A DNA stretch of 63,275 nt, the filler included, from Licmophora abbreviata (lineage: Eukaryota), in assembly GCA_900291995.1 (NCBI GenBank). It is 15 parts of 15 records of this genome, joined end to end, with 100 filler letters (N's around TTAATTAATTAA, not from the genome) between each part and the next. Parts side by side here need not be neighbours in the genome. Positions count along the whole stretch, not along the records: positions 32,718 to 36,255 come from OLMU01001307.1; positions 36,356 to 39,677 come from OLMU01001308.1; positions 39,778 to 43,534 come from OLMU01001309.1; positions 43,635 to 48,386 come from OLMU01001310.1; 11 more parts are not named here. One strand, written 5' to 3'. Both the position numbers and the translations under genes were made by a program. This document shows, piece by piece, positions 35,326 to 48,089 of this stretch. Each line of letters begins with the position of its first letter. Position 1 is the first letter of the stretch. The notes beneath the pieces were generated by a model. The model made no database searches, was not told where the DNA came from, and saw only the letters and a list, made by a program, of their open reading frames with translations.

Positions 35326-37460
35326 TCATACTTCCATTTTGGATGTCTTTCTCCTACCGCTTCCCGAAGCACTACTTTCGCTTGAAGAAGTGGCGTAAAG
35401 ATCAGGAGCACCGCCATCTCCTGTTGACTTTGTTGTCAATTTCTTGTTCGACGACTTAACGAACTCTGGATCTGATTCATTCCTTTGACAAAGCTTACAT
35501 GTAGCAGACGCGCACTGATGCACATTCATGGTAGAATGCTTTCCACCTAGATCTTTTGAGCTGGCCAAAATGAGCCCACCCTCGTCGTACACTTCATCTT
35601 CGGCGATGGTTTCTAATCCGTGTCCCAAGGCGAGCTGGCGCTCGGTTTCGAGGCATGTCGAACAATGCTGAGAGAGGTATCGGACGCCATCCTTCGAGTA
35701 ATGGTAGTAACCTTGGTGGAAGCTCCCCGGAGGATCGGCGGAGCTACTATCATCGTCATCACCGAGAGCGGCCAATGCAGCGGCGTCCAGCTCTTTCTGT
35801 GTCACAACCGTGCGTCGCTTACGTAACAAGAGTAGAAGTAAAGCAAGCAGCGCCACACCTGAGATGGCTGATACAGCAATGATAGCTCCAAAAGCCTCAT
35901 CGTCTTCACTACTTTCGGCAGTCTGCAGTTCGCCACCATCTTCGTTTCCATAGTTGCGTCCGAACCAGGTAGTGCCGGATGATCCGTAGTCTGCGCCTTC
36001 GACACCACCACTGCTGTCAGTACCGCTGTTATCGGTGCCATCATCAGGCCCGCCATTCTCTGTGCCGTCGCCTGTCGTGTCACTTGTATCACTGATGTCA
36101 GTGCCGCTTCCGTCGGTTCCACTGCCATCAGTGCCGTCGTCAGGCCCACCACCTCCACCGCCATTCTCTGTGCCGTCGCCTGTCGTGTCACTCGTATCAC
36201 TGGTATCAGTACCACTACCGTCAGTGCCACTGCCATCAGTGCCATCGTCAGGCCCNNNNNNNNNNNNNNNNNNNNNNNNNNNNNNNNNNNNNNNNNNNNT
36301 TAATTAATTAANNNNNNNNNNNNNNNNNNNNNNNNNNNNNNNNNNNNNNNNNNNNCCATTCTCTGTGCCGTCACCCGTCGTGTCGCTGGTATCAGTGCCG
36401 CTACCGTCAGTGCCACTGCCATCAGTGCCATCATCAGGCCCGCCATTCTCTGTGCCGTCGCCTGTCGTGTCACTTGTATCACTGATGTCAGTGCCGCTTC
36501 CGTCGGTTCCACTGCCATCAGTGCCGTCGTCAGGCCCACCACCTCCACCGCCATTCTCTGTGCCGTCGCCTGTCGTGTCACTGGTATCACTGATGTCAGT
36601 GCCGCTACCGTCGGTACCACTGCCATCAGTGCCGTCGTCAGGCCCGCCCGAGCCTGGAGGTCCACCAAAGGTCCCGGTCCCTTCGAATTCACCAGTCGTT
36701 CTGTTGAAGTAGTCACCCAGGTACGATACTTTCTTGACAGTCGGCAGTAGATCAGATAGCAGTTCGTCATTATCCATGGTAAGTTCGATGGCATCGAGGA
36801 CGGTTGCAATGGTGTACGCCAAGTCGTCCCCCTCATGAGACACAATGGCCATCCTCCCCAGAAGCACGTAGCAGTTGTATTGTGGGAAAGCCACCTTTTC
36901 AGCCGGACAGATGACTTAGAAAAGAGTGACAAGAATGATAAGCGACAAGGTAACTAAAGTCGAACGCTAGTGCATCTTCTGACTTGCCCGTCCCACGTAC
37001 CGTTTGTTTTCACATCTTTGGGGCTAGAAGTAAAGGAGATCAAGCCCAAGTGTCGCTCCTTGTCGACAAGTTTCATGGGAATAGCCTGCAGCTCCCTGTT
37101 TCCACCCTCGTCAGGCATATAGCACCAGGAAACTGATCCTTCGATGGCATGGAAGATCAATCTGTCGAGAAGCGGAACCCATCTCATGTCGTCTACGGTG
37201 CTTTCGACCGAGTACCAGAATTCGAACTGCGTTGGTTTCATACTGCGGGTGTCATCTCGATCATCTTCGGAAACACATTCGAGAGTTTTTGCTTCCATTC
37301 CACTAGCACGGCCTTCGAGCTGTCTTGTAAGTCCAAACCCAGCCTGAGAATCAGCGCGTGGCGAATGGCGATCCCTCAATGAACTACCCCTCATGCCAAA
37401 TGATCCAGCCGATACCGGCGAAGCCACGAGAAACCAGTTTGCAAAAGAGCCAACCTTCAT
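35326..37460 (-). CDS. Type I membrane protein with an extracellular Gly/Asp/Thr/Ser tandem-repeat stalk and Cys/His-rich cytoplasmic tail (spans gap)
   Basis: Signal peptide MKVGSF..., intron about 36915..37000, repeats DDGTDGSGTDGSGTDISDTSDTTGDGTENGG, TM ...ALLALLLLLL then RKRR, tail motifs HCSTC and VHQCASATCKLC. Confidence 0.8.
36035..36650 (-). repeat. Coding minisatellite (~90-115 nt units) interrupted by a gap
   Basis: 36035-36191 is essentially identical to 36425-36581. True copy number is unresolved. Confidence 0.9.
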
Positions 37461-37969
37461 GTTCGTCCTTCTTCCACTGGATCGTTTCACTCAATCTCGT
37501 CCTTGTTATTCAGGCGACCTTTGTGGGAAAGGTATAGGCAGGTACTAGGTAACAAATCGCAGATTTCTGCATCGCTCACGATAATGTGCGCGCAAGGCGG
37601 CTCCGCATCCTCGCCAATAAATAGCGGCGATGTAGCCTGTTTTATGTAGTACATGAATGTTTATCAATTTAGAGAAAGCAACGGACCTCAACGTACTAGT
37701 AATATATACTTCTTCCGTATTACGTGATGATAAATATATATACACTTTCGAAGATTCTTTTTCGAATCCCATCAAAAACTTGACTTCATTTCGTCTGCCC
37801 CCCGCTACCTGGTACCGGTACCTGCGCTGTGTAGAAAAAAAAGACAAATGACTACGGAGTAGACCTCAATGACTTCGACTCGGTCTACTAGGGCTCAACT
37901 GAACATGCTTGCAGAGGTCTCGCCGTCGCTGCAACAAGCCCTCGTTCTCGCCAAGCTGAATTGATCGCC

Positions 37970-39304
37970 ATGGTGTCATCGTCTCTCCCCTCGAGAAATC
38001 CTGCGGGCCGAAACAAACGGCGAAGGGGTCGCGAACAATCCTTTGTCCAGTACCTCTCATTCGGGCTGTGCTCCACCACGATCGTCGGTTGCTTTTGCCT
38101 TGCGTATGCTTTGGTCATGGTGTGTTTGCTTCCGATACTCAAGATACAACCATCGACTTCGTCTGGAACTGCTAGCCACCCTTTTGAGGGAGCGTACATT
38201 CCTCACGCTCCTGGGCAGGAACGATTTGCCGAAGCGGCGTCAGCATTGCGATCGCGGTGGCAACGAATGCGAAAGGGTCACGGCGTGACGGACGAGAGTC
38301 TATTGAACGTCGCCAAGGCAGAGTTTGAAGTGCTTCGTTCCAAAAAGCGAGACGTGTCTGCGCTCAAGGTATCTGAAGAGAACGCTGCCCCAGACGCGCT
38401 GTCCACGAAAAAAGCGGGCTTTGTAGTTCTGGGCATGCATAGGTCAGGTACATCCATGCTGTCGGGTCTGCTGACGACAGGAATGGGATACAATGTAGGA
38501 GGACCCTTGATTGGAGCACACTTTGACAATGAAAAAGGATTCTTCGAAAGAATCGACGTGGTTCTTCAGAATGACGAGTTCATGGACAAACAGCGCATAT
38601 GGTGGTCGGCAGGCGTCCTCAACTTTGATTCCGAGCAGGCTATGGAGCACAAGAAGTCAGGTCTAGTCACCTTCAAGGAGGGTGCAAAGGGACTGCGATT
38701 TTTGAACGATCCGGCAAACGCCCCATGGCTTCAGAAAGACCCTCGTATGTGCATTACGCTTCCAGTCTGGCTGAAGTTGCTCAATGCCGAGCCCGCGGTC
38801 GTCTTTACGTACCGACATCCACTTGAGGTAGCCATGTCTTTGAAGACGCGAGAGAAGAACTTCACTTTGGAGCACGGTCTTCGCCTTTGGATCGTGTACA
38901 ACATGCGAGCCGTTCAAAACTCAGAGGGCCTTTGTCGAGTTCTGTCGAGCAACGATGTGATCCTTGACGATCCGCTCAAGGAAGTGCAACGAATCTCAGA
39001 CGAACTTACGGATCGATGCGGAGTTCCCAGCCCCCCGACAAGAATAGAGAAGGAACATGTAGACCAGTTTGTGGATCCGAAACTTCAACACAACAAGAAG
39101 AAGCGACAGGAGACGGACAAGGAAAAGAGAGTTTTGGCGGATTACAGTGGCTGTATCGCACATGATTTTGAGAGCGACTATTCAGAAGGTTCCGCCAGCC
39201 GGACCAATGAAGTGATTATGTACAAGCAGGCGATGAAGATATACTGTGACTTCCTTTCCGGTGACGCATACAAACCAAGCTATGAATGGCCCTCTCTCCA
39301 GTAG
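37970..39304 (+). CDS. Sulfotransferase-like P-loop protein, type II membrane anchored
   Basis: N-terminal TM, then VVLGMHRSGTSMLSGLL, NEKGFFE, KDPR and YRHPLEVAMSL. Confidence 0.8.
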   Translation: MVSSSLPSRNPAGRNKRRRGREQSFVQYLSFGLCSTTIVGCFCLAYALVMVCLLPILKIQPSTSSGTASHPFEGAYIPHAPGQERFAEAASALRSRWQRMRKGHGVTDESLLNVAKAEFEVLRSKKRDVSALKVSEENAAPDALSTKKAGFVVLGMHRSGTSMLSGLLTTGMGYNVGGPLIGAHFDNEKGFFERIDVVLQNDEFMDKQRIWWSAGVLNFDSEQAMEHKKSGLVTFKEGAKGLRFLNDPANAPWLQKDPRMCITLPVWLKLLNAEPAVVFTYRHPLEVAMSLKTREKNFTLEHGLRLWIVYNMRAVQNSEGLCRVLSSNDVILDDPLKEVQRISDELTDRCGVPSPPTRIEKEHVDQFVDPKLQHNKKKRQETDKEKRVLADYSGCIAHDFESDYSEGSASRTNEVIMYKQAMKIYCDFLSGDAYKPSYEWPSLQ

Positions 39305-40118
39305 ACTAGTTGAAAGCCCAGTAATAAGACTTGCTAGGGGCCAAGAACTTCACGCCTCACTAGAGGGAATCTCGTGACATAGCCGATGCAATCGATTTTG
39401 AAACGGGGCCTTCTCCAGCTCAAAGTCGTAGAAGACGAGTCTTTCTACCAGGTATGATAGGAGTTATATACGAAGTACGAATACAATGATTCGTATCTAA
39501 AAGCGGCGTGTTCCGGTATGAGCAGGTAAGTGGTCGAAAGATGGCCATTAAAAGTGCCAGTTGATATGATGGGCCGTGTGTCCCATTGTATCGAAGGATC
39601 AAAGGATTGATTCATTGATTCACAACATGTTGAATGTTTTATACTAGTACGAGTAGATTGTAGGTAAGATTGTGACCNNNNNNNNNNNNNNNNNNNNNNN
39701 NNNNNNNNNNNNNNNNNNNNNTTAATTAATTAANNNNNNNNNNNNNNNNNNNNNNNNNNNNNNNNNNNNNNNNNNNNCGGGCGTGCGCGACAATGCGAGC
39801 GACACTCACACCTCTCACACAATCGCAACTCTCAACTCCACACACGGCACCACACTCACCTGAAACGAGTTGATCGATAGTAGCGACCCTGCCGCTAGTT
39901 CTGTCTACTGACAGGTCCCGCAGTCCTGTTTCGAGGTCCCGTTTGCTAGCGACAGTCAATAGCCATTCCCGCAGCGCCTCGGTAAGGTCCTGGCTGCCAG
40001 CGTTTGTTTTCAATACAGAGGAAGGATACAAAACCCTGTCCCGGATCGGTTCATTCAGCGGTCGTGTTGATTGAAAGACCTAGACCTATATCAAGTACGA
40101 GTCCAATAGATCATCAGA

Positions 40119-43100
40119 ATGAGCATCGGCACCCCTACAAGGTCAAGGCCACAGTACCATTATTTCTATGGATCAACTGGAGATTCGTCTCCTTCGAGTG
40201 ATCCCGTTCAGCGACCCTTTTCCCCGGGTAGCAGCGAAGGCGAGACTCTGATTGGTGAATCACTCGTGCCCACTGACACAGAGGACACTCCTCCAAGCAG
40301 CGAACAAGACCTCCAGCATCTGCTGGTGACGACCAATGGACAAAACGGTCTGCTTCCGCCTCTGATTGGCACCAGCTTGCCTTCCAGTCCTCAGCTGTTG
40401 CACGCCAACGCACTTCGTCGAAGACCCAAAACAAGATTCGGTCGATTCTGCCAAAGTGCTCTCTGCGGACAAAAAGACAACACGGCCGGCCATGTCACGC
40501 GGATAGTTCTCGTTTTGCTTTTGGTGCTGTGTTTCCTAGCTCTTGCGGTAGTGCTTTCGCCGTATGATTTAGGGAATGCAATGGGGAGATCGGAGACAGG
40601 CTCTCGGAACAGCTCGACACGGAGTTTTCCCTACATCCCATTTGCAAAGGTCGATCGGATAAACTACAACGATCCCGCATCAAATATAATCAACTTGGAG
40701 TTGTTTGATGAATCGCTTATTTATCAGGGCACAAAGGACAGCACGCGCCGTGGGATTGGAGACGCTGTCGATCCAATGCTGAAAGTCCCGTTTCCCACAG
40801 GCGCGTTCTGGACGAACCTTATTCTGAAGCCTACTGCTGATAGAGGCCTCTCCTACCCTGTTGTTGTTTATCCTTATGCGTACAAGTGGGCGGATGAGTC
40901 ACTTCAGGCGTCCTATCCCGCACTGCATCGAAGCGTGGATAGTCTATCGGTTCGCGACAGTTTTCTTCCCGATATGACGTTTACTTCGAGTGAAAGCATT
41001 GTCAGCCGGCATGTCACCAAATTTGACCCTCTTAGCGTAACGGTTCGTTTCACTCTTGACTCAGGAGGGTTTTGGGAGTCATACCTGGTTCAAGGGGCCC
41101 CCTACATTACAGTCAAATACCAACGAGCAAGCCCTGTTCTTCGAGCTTTATCGATCTTCAATAATTTCGGCTGTCCAGTTGACTCCGACAAAAATTATGA
41201 CGATTGGAACTTCAATCTTACAATGGATGCCTCAGATGATACAGATCCAGACTTGAGAAAGCTTAAGTGGGGGGTTTGCACTTCATCGTCGTCATCCCCT
41301 TTGGGTGTGAGTAGACTTGTCTGTGTCTTGTGGAAACGAACCAGTGGAATGCAGTGCGAATGATTCTCTCACAACTTGCACGGGTTTCTTACATGTAGGG
41401 CACTAATCCCACTGCCGACGGCGTGACACTACATGGTGTTCAATTTATTCTGCAGACTCAAGAAGGGCTGACGTGGATGGTGTTTGCGTCGGAGCCGATA
41501 GCCTTGACATTTGACAACCTGCAGAAAACAACTGTCAGCTCCGCCGACAAGTTTACCGGTGTTCTACGGCTCGCCTTAATACCTACTCCACCAGGCAGTA
41601 AGAAAGGTAGCTCTTCGCTGAGTGGGACCGTCCCTCTCTCGTCATCTTCCGGCCTTAGACGTCTTATTTATCACTCTGGAGTGTACCCAACGGGCGGCAA
41701 AGTATCATGGGATTTTCGGACGGGCTCGTCGACAACTTCTCTCTCGTCAACATTGAAGAAAGCAGTAACAGAAGCGGCCTTTGGGATGCAAAAGCCGCCT
41801 GAGAACGGTATTGGTACTGTCAAATTCGAATTCGAGACCGAGGTCATGACTGACAGAACCACTACGAACAGCGTCCAGGATGATCTACTCATGCTCTCAC
41901 TGCCGCACCATGCTCAGCTTCTGAAACCGAGTGTCCTTCTGAGCTCTCCATCCAAATTCGACTTGACTTTTCTTTGCATCAAGGGAACGATGACGCCCGT
42001 TGTTGGCAATACCTGGTCTTACGACGAGACCCTGACCAAGATTGGATTCGACGATTTCAATGTACGGAACTACACCATGGACAGCAGCGTGCGTTCAGCT
42101 ATTCTGAAGAGCATGGAAGTGGACGTCAATCGAGTTCTGCCCACTCTCGACGAGAACATTTACGGTTTTGGAAAGCAGATTGCCAGGCTTGCACAGCTGG
42201 CGCACATTGGGAGTGTCATCGACCAAGGATCGACTGCGTCGGCCTCATCAATCAAGCACAACGGGACCTCGGGTGCGCTCGCTTCGCTTTCCCCTTCAGC
42301 ATCGCTGGCAACACAAAAACTTCATACATATCTGAAGGAATACCTTAAAAGTGAGGTTTCTGATACCCTGCTCTACGATGTGAAATTTGGAGGAGTTGTG
42401 ACACGAGACGGTTTGCTTGATAGCGAAGCTGATTTCGGGAATGGCAGGTACGCCGCGATTGCCAGCTGGTCTGCGAACCATGCATATGCCTTTTTCTTCA
42501 GAGCTCAACTGACCATTCTTCTTCAATCCTGATTCTTGCATTGCAGATACAATGACCATCACTTCCACTATGGGTAAGTCTTATCCGACCAGCATTTAAT
42601 GCTTTGTCTTTCGCACAGATCCAACTGATGCGCGATATGTCTTCTTTCATTCCTCTTTTGTGTCATAGGTACATGCTATACGCTTGCGCCATAATGGGAC
42701 GACTCAACTCAACGTTCATTACTGTGTACGGGTCGTACGTAGATGCTCTGCTATTTGACATTGCCCACAGTGCGAACGGAGACTCGAGTGCGGTCGACGG
42801 GAGTTTCTTTCCTCTGGCCAGACACTTCTCCTGGTTCGACGGTCACTCTTTCGCGTCAGGCTTGTTTCCATTTGGGAACGGAAAGTCTCAGGAAAGCTCA
42901 AGTGAAGCCGTTAACGCTTACTATGGTGCCTATCTGTGGTCCATGGTGCGAGAGATCCACGATGACTCCGAATCAGATCTATCAGATTTTTCCCGATTGC
43001 TTCTTGCCATGGAAATTCGTGGGGCCAAGTCCTATTGGCATATGAAACCTCCGCCGTCCAGAAACACATCATCCAATGCGTCTTCATACCGCTCCTACGA

Positions 43101-43699
43101 ACCTGGCTTTGCCAAGAACTACATGGTTGGGAACTTGGGGATGCTCGATGCTGTCTGCTCGACGTGGTTCGGAACACAGAGTCTCTACGTTCATATGATC
43201 AATTTCCTGCCGGTTACTGCTATCACCTCGCAACTGTTCGATAAGTCTTACATCACGGACGAGTTTAAGAATATCATTGGCCCACTTCTTGCGACCGCCG
43301 AAATGGCGTGGAAAGGATACGTTATATGCGACCAGGCCATTGTTGATCCCTCCGCGGCTTGGACTGAAGCCCAGTCGCTCGTCAGCTTTGAACTTGATTC
43401 AGCCATAAGCAAGAGCCAAGTTCTCTATTGGATCAGTACCCGAAAAGGGTTCGTTCTCAATGCCACGAATGCTTCTAAGACAAAGTTGAAGCCTTCAGCA
43501 GCGCCCATTTCTCACGATTCCACATCATCTTCATNNNNNNNNNNNNNNNNNNNNNNNNNNNNNNNNNNNNNNNNNNNNTTAATTAATTAANNNNNNNNNN
43601 NNNNNNNNNNNNNNNNNNNNNNNNNNNNNNNNNNTATCCGGGCTGTGCTGTCCGACTTCCGAAGGGACAACGCTTTCTTGCTGTTCAAGAGGTTCATAG
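40119..43699 (+). CDS. Endo-1,3(4)-beta-glucanase, glycoside hydrolase family 81, membrane-anchored (spans gap)
   Basis: Motifs PTGAFWTNL, LVQGAPYITVKY, DFGNGRYNDHHFHYGY, FSWFDGHSFASG and QESSSEAVN. A C-terminal GLCCPTSEGTTLSCC module follows the gap (stop 43699). Introns about 41307..41398, 42448..42546 and 42574..42668. Confidence 0.93.
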
Positions 43700-44712
43700 T
43701 GCTACTGCACTCTTTTATTATTTTTAAAATAATATTACTTTGACAAGAAACTATGATGTTGTTTTCTGCTTCCGCAGTATTACCAGGTTTTAACCGAGCC
43801 AGTAAATAAATACCCGTACAAGCTCAGAAGATGGATGTACCAGGTACGTACTCTAGCTAGTACGCTGGAATCTTCAGCCAGTTCCTAACTTGCGTATGTT
43901 AGTGTGATGTGTGCCACGGCACGATACATCTTAGTTGGCCCCTAGACTATGCAGGGTAGCCTAGGTAAAATGCAAGCCGTGTCTCTTGATAGAGAAGATG
44001 ACTACGATAGCCTCTACTTTTAAACATTGCAGGCGCACCAGAAGCATAACCTGTACCAGGTACGAGCAAAAGGCTTCCTTCTTCAGAGGCTATTTCGCCC
44101 GGAAAGACCCTTCTTGCCTCAAGCCAGAGAATGACTCTCTCAGGTGTGGCAAAAGGGAGATGTATTCCCGGAAATGGTCATTCACATAAATCTGAAATAG
44201 TGAAGACCATCCACCGTCTGAAAATCTCTGTCGTTCGTGACTGTAAACGAGCGAATTTCTACCGTTGACAATTTACCTAACTCTACTGAAAAGAGCAAGC
44301 CGGCATACCACAAGCGCTAGATTTTGGTGAACCACCAAAAGCATCTCCCAATGCTCTCGGAAAGTTCTTATGACGGGCTACCGGCATTGGCGTACACTGA
44401 GTACCAAGAATTTGAACCATCACCTTATCCGTGAGCTAATACAACTTCTCGCTAATTATTATGGAGTATTTATGTGGGCCAGGCGGCCATCTCGCCAGAG
44501 GCGAGGGAAGGATGACCGGTAGTAGGTCTTTATCGTCTGAACACTCGTACGTAGAATGCTTACTGGCCCAATCCCGTGGCAACGCAAAATGAAAGCAGTT
44601 GCAGTCTTTGTCTACCGGAGTATACTCAAAAGTTTGCTAACTGACCCCGTGTCTCCCCTCCTTGCTGCTTCTTGCCACGACCCTCCTCGTTCCTCGCAAA
44701 CGCTTCTGTACC

Positions 44713-45896
44713 ATGACTTCTGAGAGCGACAACGAAAGCGGAAGCATCCCTTCGCATCTGGCGGAGGATGCGAACGCTCTGAGCTACAAATACCGAGATT
44801 TCGCCAATGTGCCAGACGAGATCGACAACGATTCGTCAGGCACGCAGCGTCAATCGAACCGTGGCCACGAAAGCTCCATTCGTGTACAGAAATTCCCTGT
44901 CAAGCTCTATGCCATCCTTCGCCAGAAAGAATTCTCCGACATCGTCACGTGGATGCCTCATGGTCGATCGTGGAAGGTTCTCAAACCGAACCTGTTCGAG
45001 AGTCTCATCATGCCGCTCTTTTTTGAGTACAGCAACTACCACTCCTTCAACCGTCTTGTGAACGCCTGGAGCTTTCGTCGGGTGAGCTCTGGACCCGATC
45101 GCGGGTCCTACTATCATGAGGTAAGCATCTCGAGAGACATTTTGGTGCATCGTATTTTTATTCTTTTAAAAAAAGACGGGCGACAAAAGCATCTAGGCAT
45201 CTCGGATGCACTCGAAACCCTCAATGACTCACACATGAATACCTTTGTTGATACTTTTTCCAGCTCTTTCTGCGTGGCAAACCCCACCTTCAGAAGTACA
45301 TGCGTCGTCTCCCCAAGACTCACAAAAAACTCCCCATGAAGAAGGAGGACGAACCGGATTTCTACGAACTCGATAAGACCAGCCCCCTTCCCGACGTGGA
45401 GGAGTCTTCCGTTGGGGCTGCTGCCGGAATGATGGCTATGCGACGTGCCGTTCCGCCTCCGTCCCTACAGATCAATCCTCAGGTCAACCAGCTTACAAGC
45501 TCATACCCTGGATTCTTCAACAAGCCAGTGATGAAGGACGGTATGATGCCACCGATGGCCGATCCCATGGGTGCCCCTGGTATGGGCCTCCCTCCTGGTA
45601 TGGCGTTTGGAGGGGCTCCGCCAAAGTTCCCTGGGCAGCCGCCTGCGGATATGCCGAACACCCCCGAGGCCGCTCAGCTATATCAGCTCCAGCGCATGCG
45701 TCACATGCAGCACATCCAGATGTTCCAGCAGCAGCTGGGCTCCATTTCGAACCTCCCGCCCGAAGAAGCCGCCCGACGCGCCGCTGTCGAAAACGCCCGC
45801 CTGGGACTCTTGGCTCGTGGAGCTGGAGGTCCAGTCGGGGAGGCTACCGGCGCACCAACCGGTAAACCAGCAGCGATGGGAGGGACGCAAATCTAG
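44713..45896 (+). CDS. Heat shock transcription factor (HSF DNA-binding domain)
   Basis: KFPVKLYAIL, VTWMPHGRSWKV, SFNRLVNAWSFRR and YYHE|LFLRGKPHL. Intron 45121..45263. Confidence 0.93.
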
Positions 45897-46453
45897 GGCT
45901 GCGGACGGAAGAGGACTGAATGAAACGGTTTCTTCTGCGGTTTATTCATATCTCATATCCTGACGAAGTAGGCGACGCTATTTCTTCCTCGGGGAGGCCG
46001 ACCCAGTATATGTTCTAGGGGTGAGGAATCTTACTATGCTGGTTGGTACTTTATTCTGTGTAGTTTGTGACATTTGTGTGATCTGCCGATATTTTACGAT
46101 CGTATTATGGCCCCCTCCTTTCCTACGGAGATGTAGAAAGAATTTGCGATTGTCTAGAGTAGCTTCGAGGTACGAATGTGCGACACAACACCATTCCATT
46201 CCTGCGCTCCCAGCTTCGATCTGCAACTCTTGATACCTCCACGACAAACTCCCGACCCTGGACAAGCAGCAGCTATGGGGCTCACTGTTGCGCTGGCAAT
46301 CCTCCCAATAGGAGACCGGGGGAGCCTTGCAAGTCGCGGCTGGCCGGTGGAATGCGCTCCCGGATCTCAGTGAGACCCACGATTCAAACCCATGGTCCTT
46401 GGCACGTCCACTGGGAGTTGTCGGACTTGAAAGCGCCATCTCACAATGTTTGG

Positions 46454-47455
46454 TCAAGGGAGCACCAATACCAATGTCCACGCCACCAGCATCGTGTTCA
46501 CGACATCGTGACCACGATGATAAAAGTTCAAAAAAAGAGACATTAGAAACCCCTCTATTCGTAACGTTCCAAGAACTGCGACTATTGCCGCGAGACTGGA
46601 TGCTGTCATCAGCAACCGCTGGAGAGCCAGCATGTGGCTCTGGCACAGCACATGTCGCTTCACCATCGTCTGAAGGAAGAACTCCATGACATATGAGAGA
46701 TTCAGTGCCAGCCAGAAACTTCGCCATGCGGTGGCATGGGGGATGGCGGCGTGTACTTGGACAGAGGTCGGTCTTGGAGCCTGCGGAACCGCCACTGAAA
46801 TGTTGATTCCATGAAGAATGCCGTGTTTGTAGAATAGGTACTGGCACTTTTTAACGCGATACAGCCACTGTTCTGTCCATGTGTGTTCTCGCTCCGCCGA
46901 TTCCTGCTTCCAATTGGAACTGAAACGATGAACTGGAAAGTACTTTCGAAGATACCACGGTGCGGTGACAAAGAATAAGAGCACGAGACGGGTGTTGCAG
47001 TGTGAGTTCCTCTGGTATACCATAACGTGGAGGTAGACTGCCTGCAGCAGATTTAATCCCTGGTAGAAGCTGTGTTCGATCATTTCCGACTGTGTCACAA
47101 CAGCTTGCTCTGCCAGGGTTCCTGACTGGCCTGCAACATTGTGAACACATTTGTGCGGAAAGTCTCGGGCCGCCGTCAAAGTAGCCAGAATACCAAAACA
47201 TCCAAGCACGGCATCATAGAAGAACCACAGCGTATGGTGCGTCTGGATGACATTGCTGTTCTGAAAGACTAGCCCAGCCCCTAGAGTAATCCACGCAAGG
47301 TGAACTGCCCCCGCCAGGCGGTGAGACCATCCATGCTGGCGGAAAAACAAGACGCGAGATCTTCGCAGCGTAACGATCCAAATAGTAATCAGAAACAGTA
47401 GCAAGCCCCAAAGGCCAGCCGTTTCGGTGCCGGCGGAAGCCTGAGACCAGTCCAT
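46454..47455 (-). CDS. Uncharacterised multi-pass membrane protein, His-rich
   Basis: ORF with about 7 hydrophobic segments and motifs HRLAGAVHLAW, QSEMIEHSFYQGLN, FYKHGILHGINIS and YVMEFFLQT. Confidence 0.72.
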   Translation of the reverse strand: MDWSQASAGTETAGLWGLLLFLITIWIVTLRRSRVLFFRQHGWSHRLAGAVHLAWITLGAGLVFQNSNVIQTHHTLWFFYDAVLGCFGILATLTAARDFPHKCVHNVAGQSGTLAEQAVVTQSEMIEHSFYQGLNLLQAVYLHVMVYQRNSHCNTRLVLLFFVTAPWYLRKYFPVHRFSSNWKQESAEREHTWTEQWLYRVKKCQYLFYKHGILHGINISVAVPQAPRPTSVQVHAAIPHATAWRSFWLALNLSYVMEFFLQTMVKRHVLCQSHMLALQRLLMTASSLAAIVAVLGTLRIEGFLMSLFLNFYHRGHDVVNTMLVAWTLVLVLP

Positions 47456-48089
47456 GGGCAATAAGGGTAAAGCTGCTGGTATCAATACACCATACTAGTC
47501 GTACGAAGAAAGCAAGTGCAGTTTATTGCCATTGATACTGCGCCTTCGGTTGTTCCTTTTTCTGCGGTTCCTCGGTCGTTGATGGTTGCAACGATTGTAA
47601 CACTTTTACCAGTCGTCTCATTATCTTTGTCATTGCTCCATGGGGAACCGACGACGGACCGACGACGGCACTCGCGACCAGGACAGACGTTCAGTCGCTC
47701 AGCAGCCGTCGGCTCCGTTTTGTCTCACTTCGCGAGCAGGTGAGGAATGACGGGAAGAGGACAGCGATGGCAGTGTTTCATTATCCATACAAAGCAGAAA
47801 ATACGCTATACCATCTTCCTGAATGCGCTTGCACTCAATATCTTTCCGGATGATTGCATGTGCTTGGATTTGGAAGCTTGCTCGTGTTGGGGTTACTGGC
47901 GCCTTGTCGACTCAAGCCGGCGTAGGAAATCACGCAAATCCAGTACTGAGAACCGTACCACTTACTAAACCTTGCCCACCGACCATGATCATCTCACATT
48001 CTCCTTGTTTGTTCCCATCGCTTCTCGAAGAGATAAGCTCTCGACCCATCACCACTCGGAAGTCCCTTTTGTGTAAACCATAATCAATC

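Noticed and set aside
45978..46847. 289-aa minus-strand ORF, and many other overlapping or antisense ORFs in the track
   Set aside because: Alternative frames of real genes or UTRs, with no recognisable motifs.
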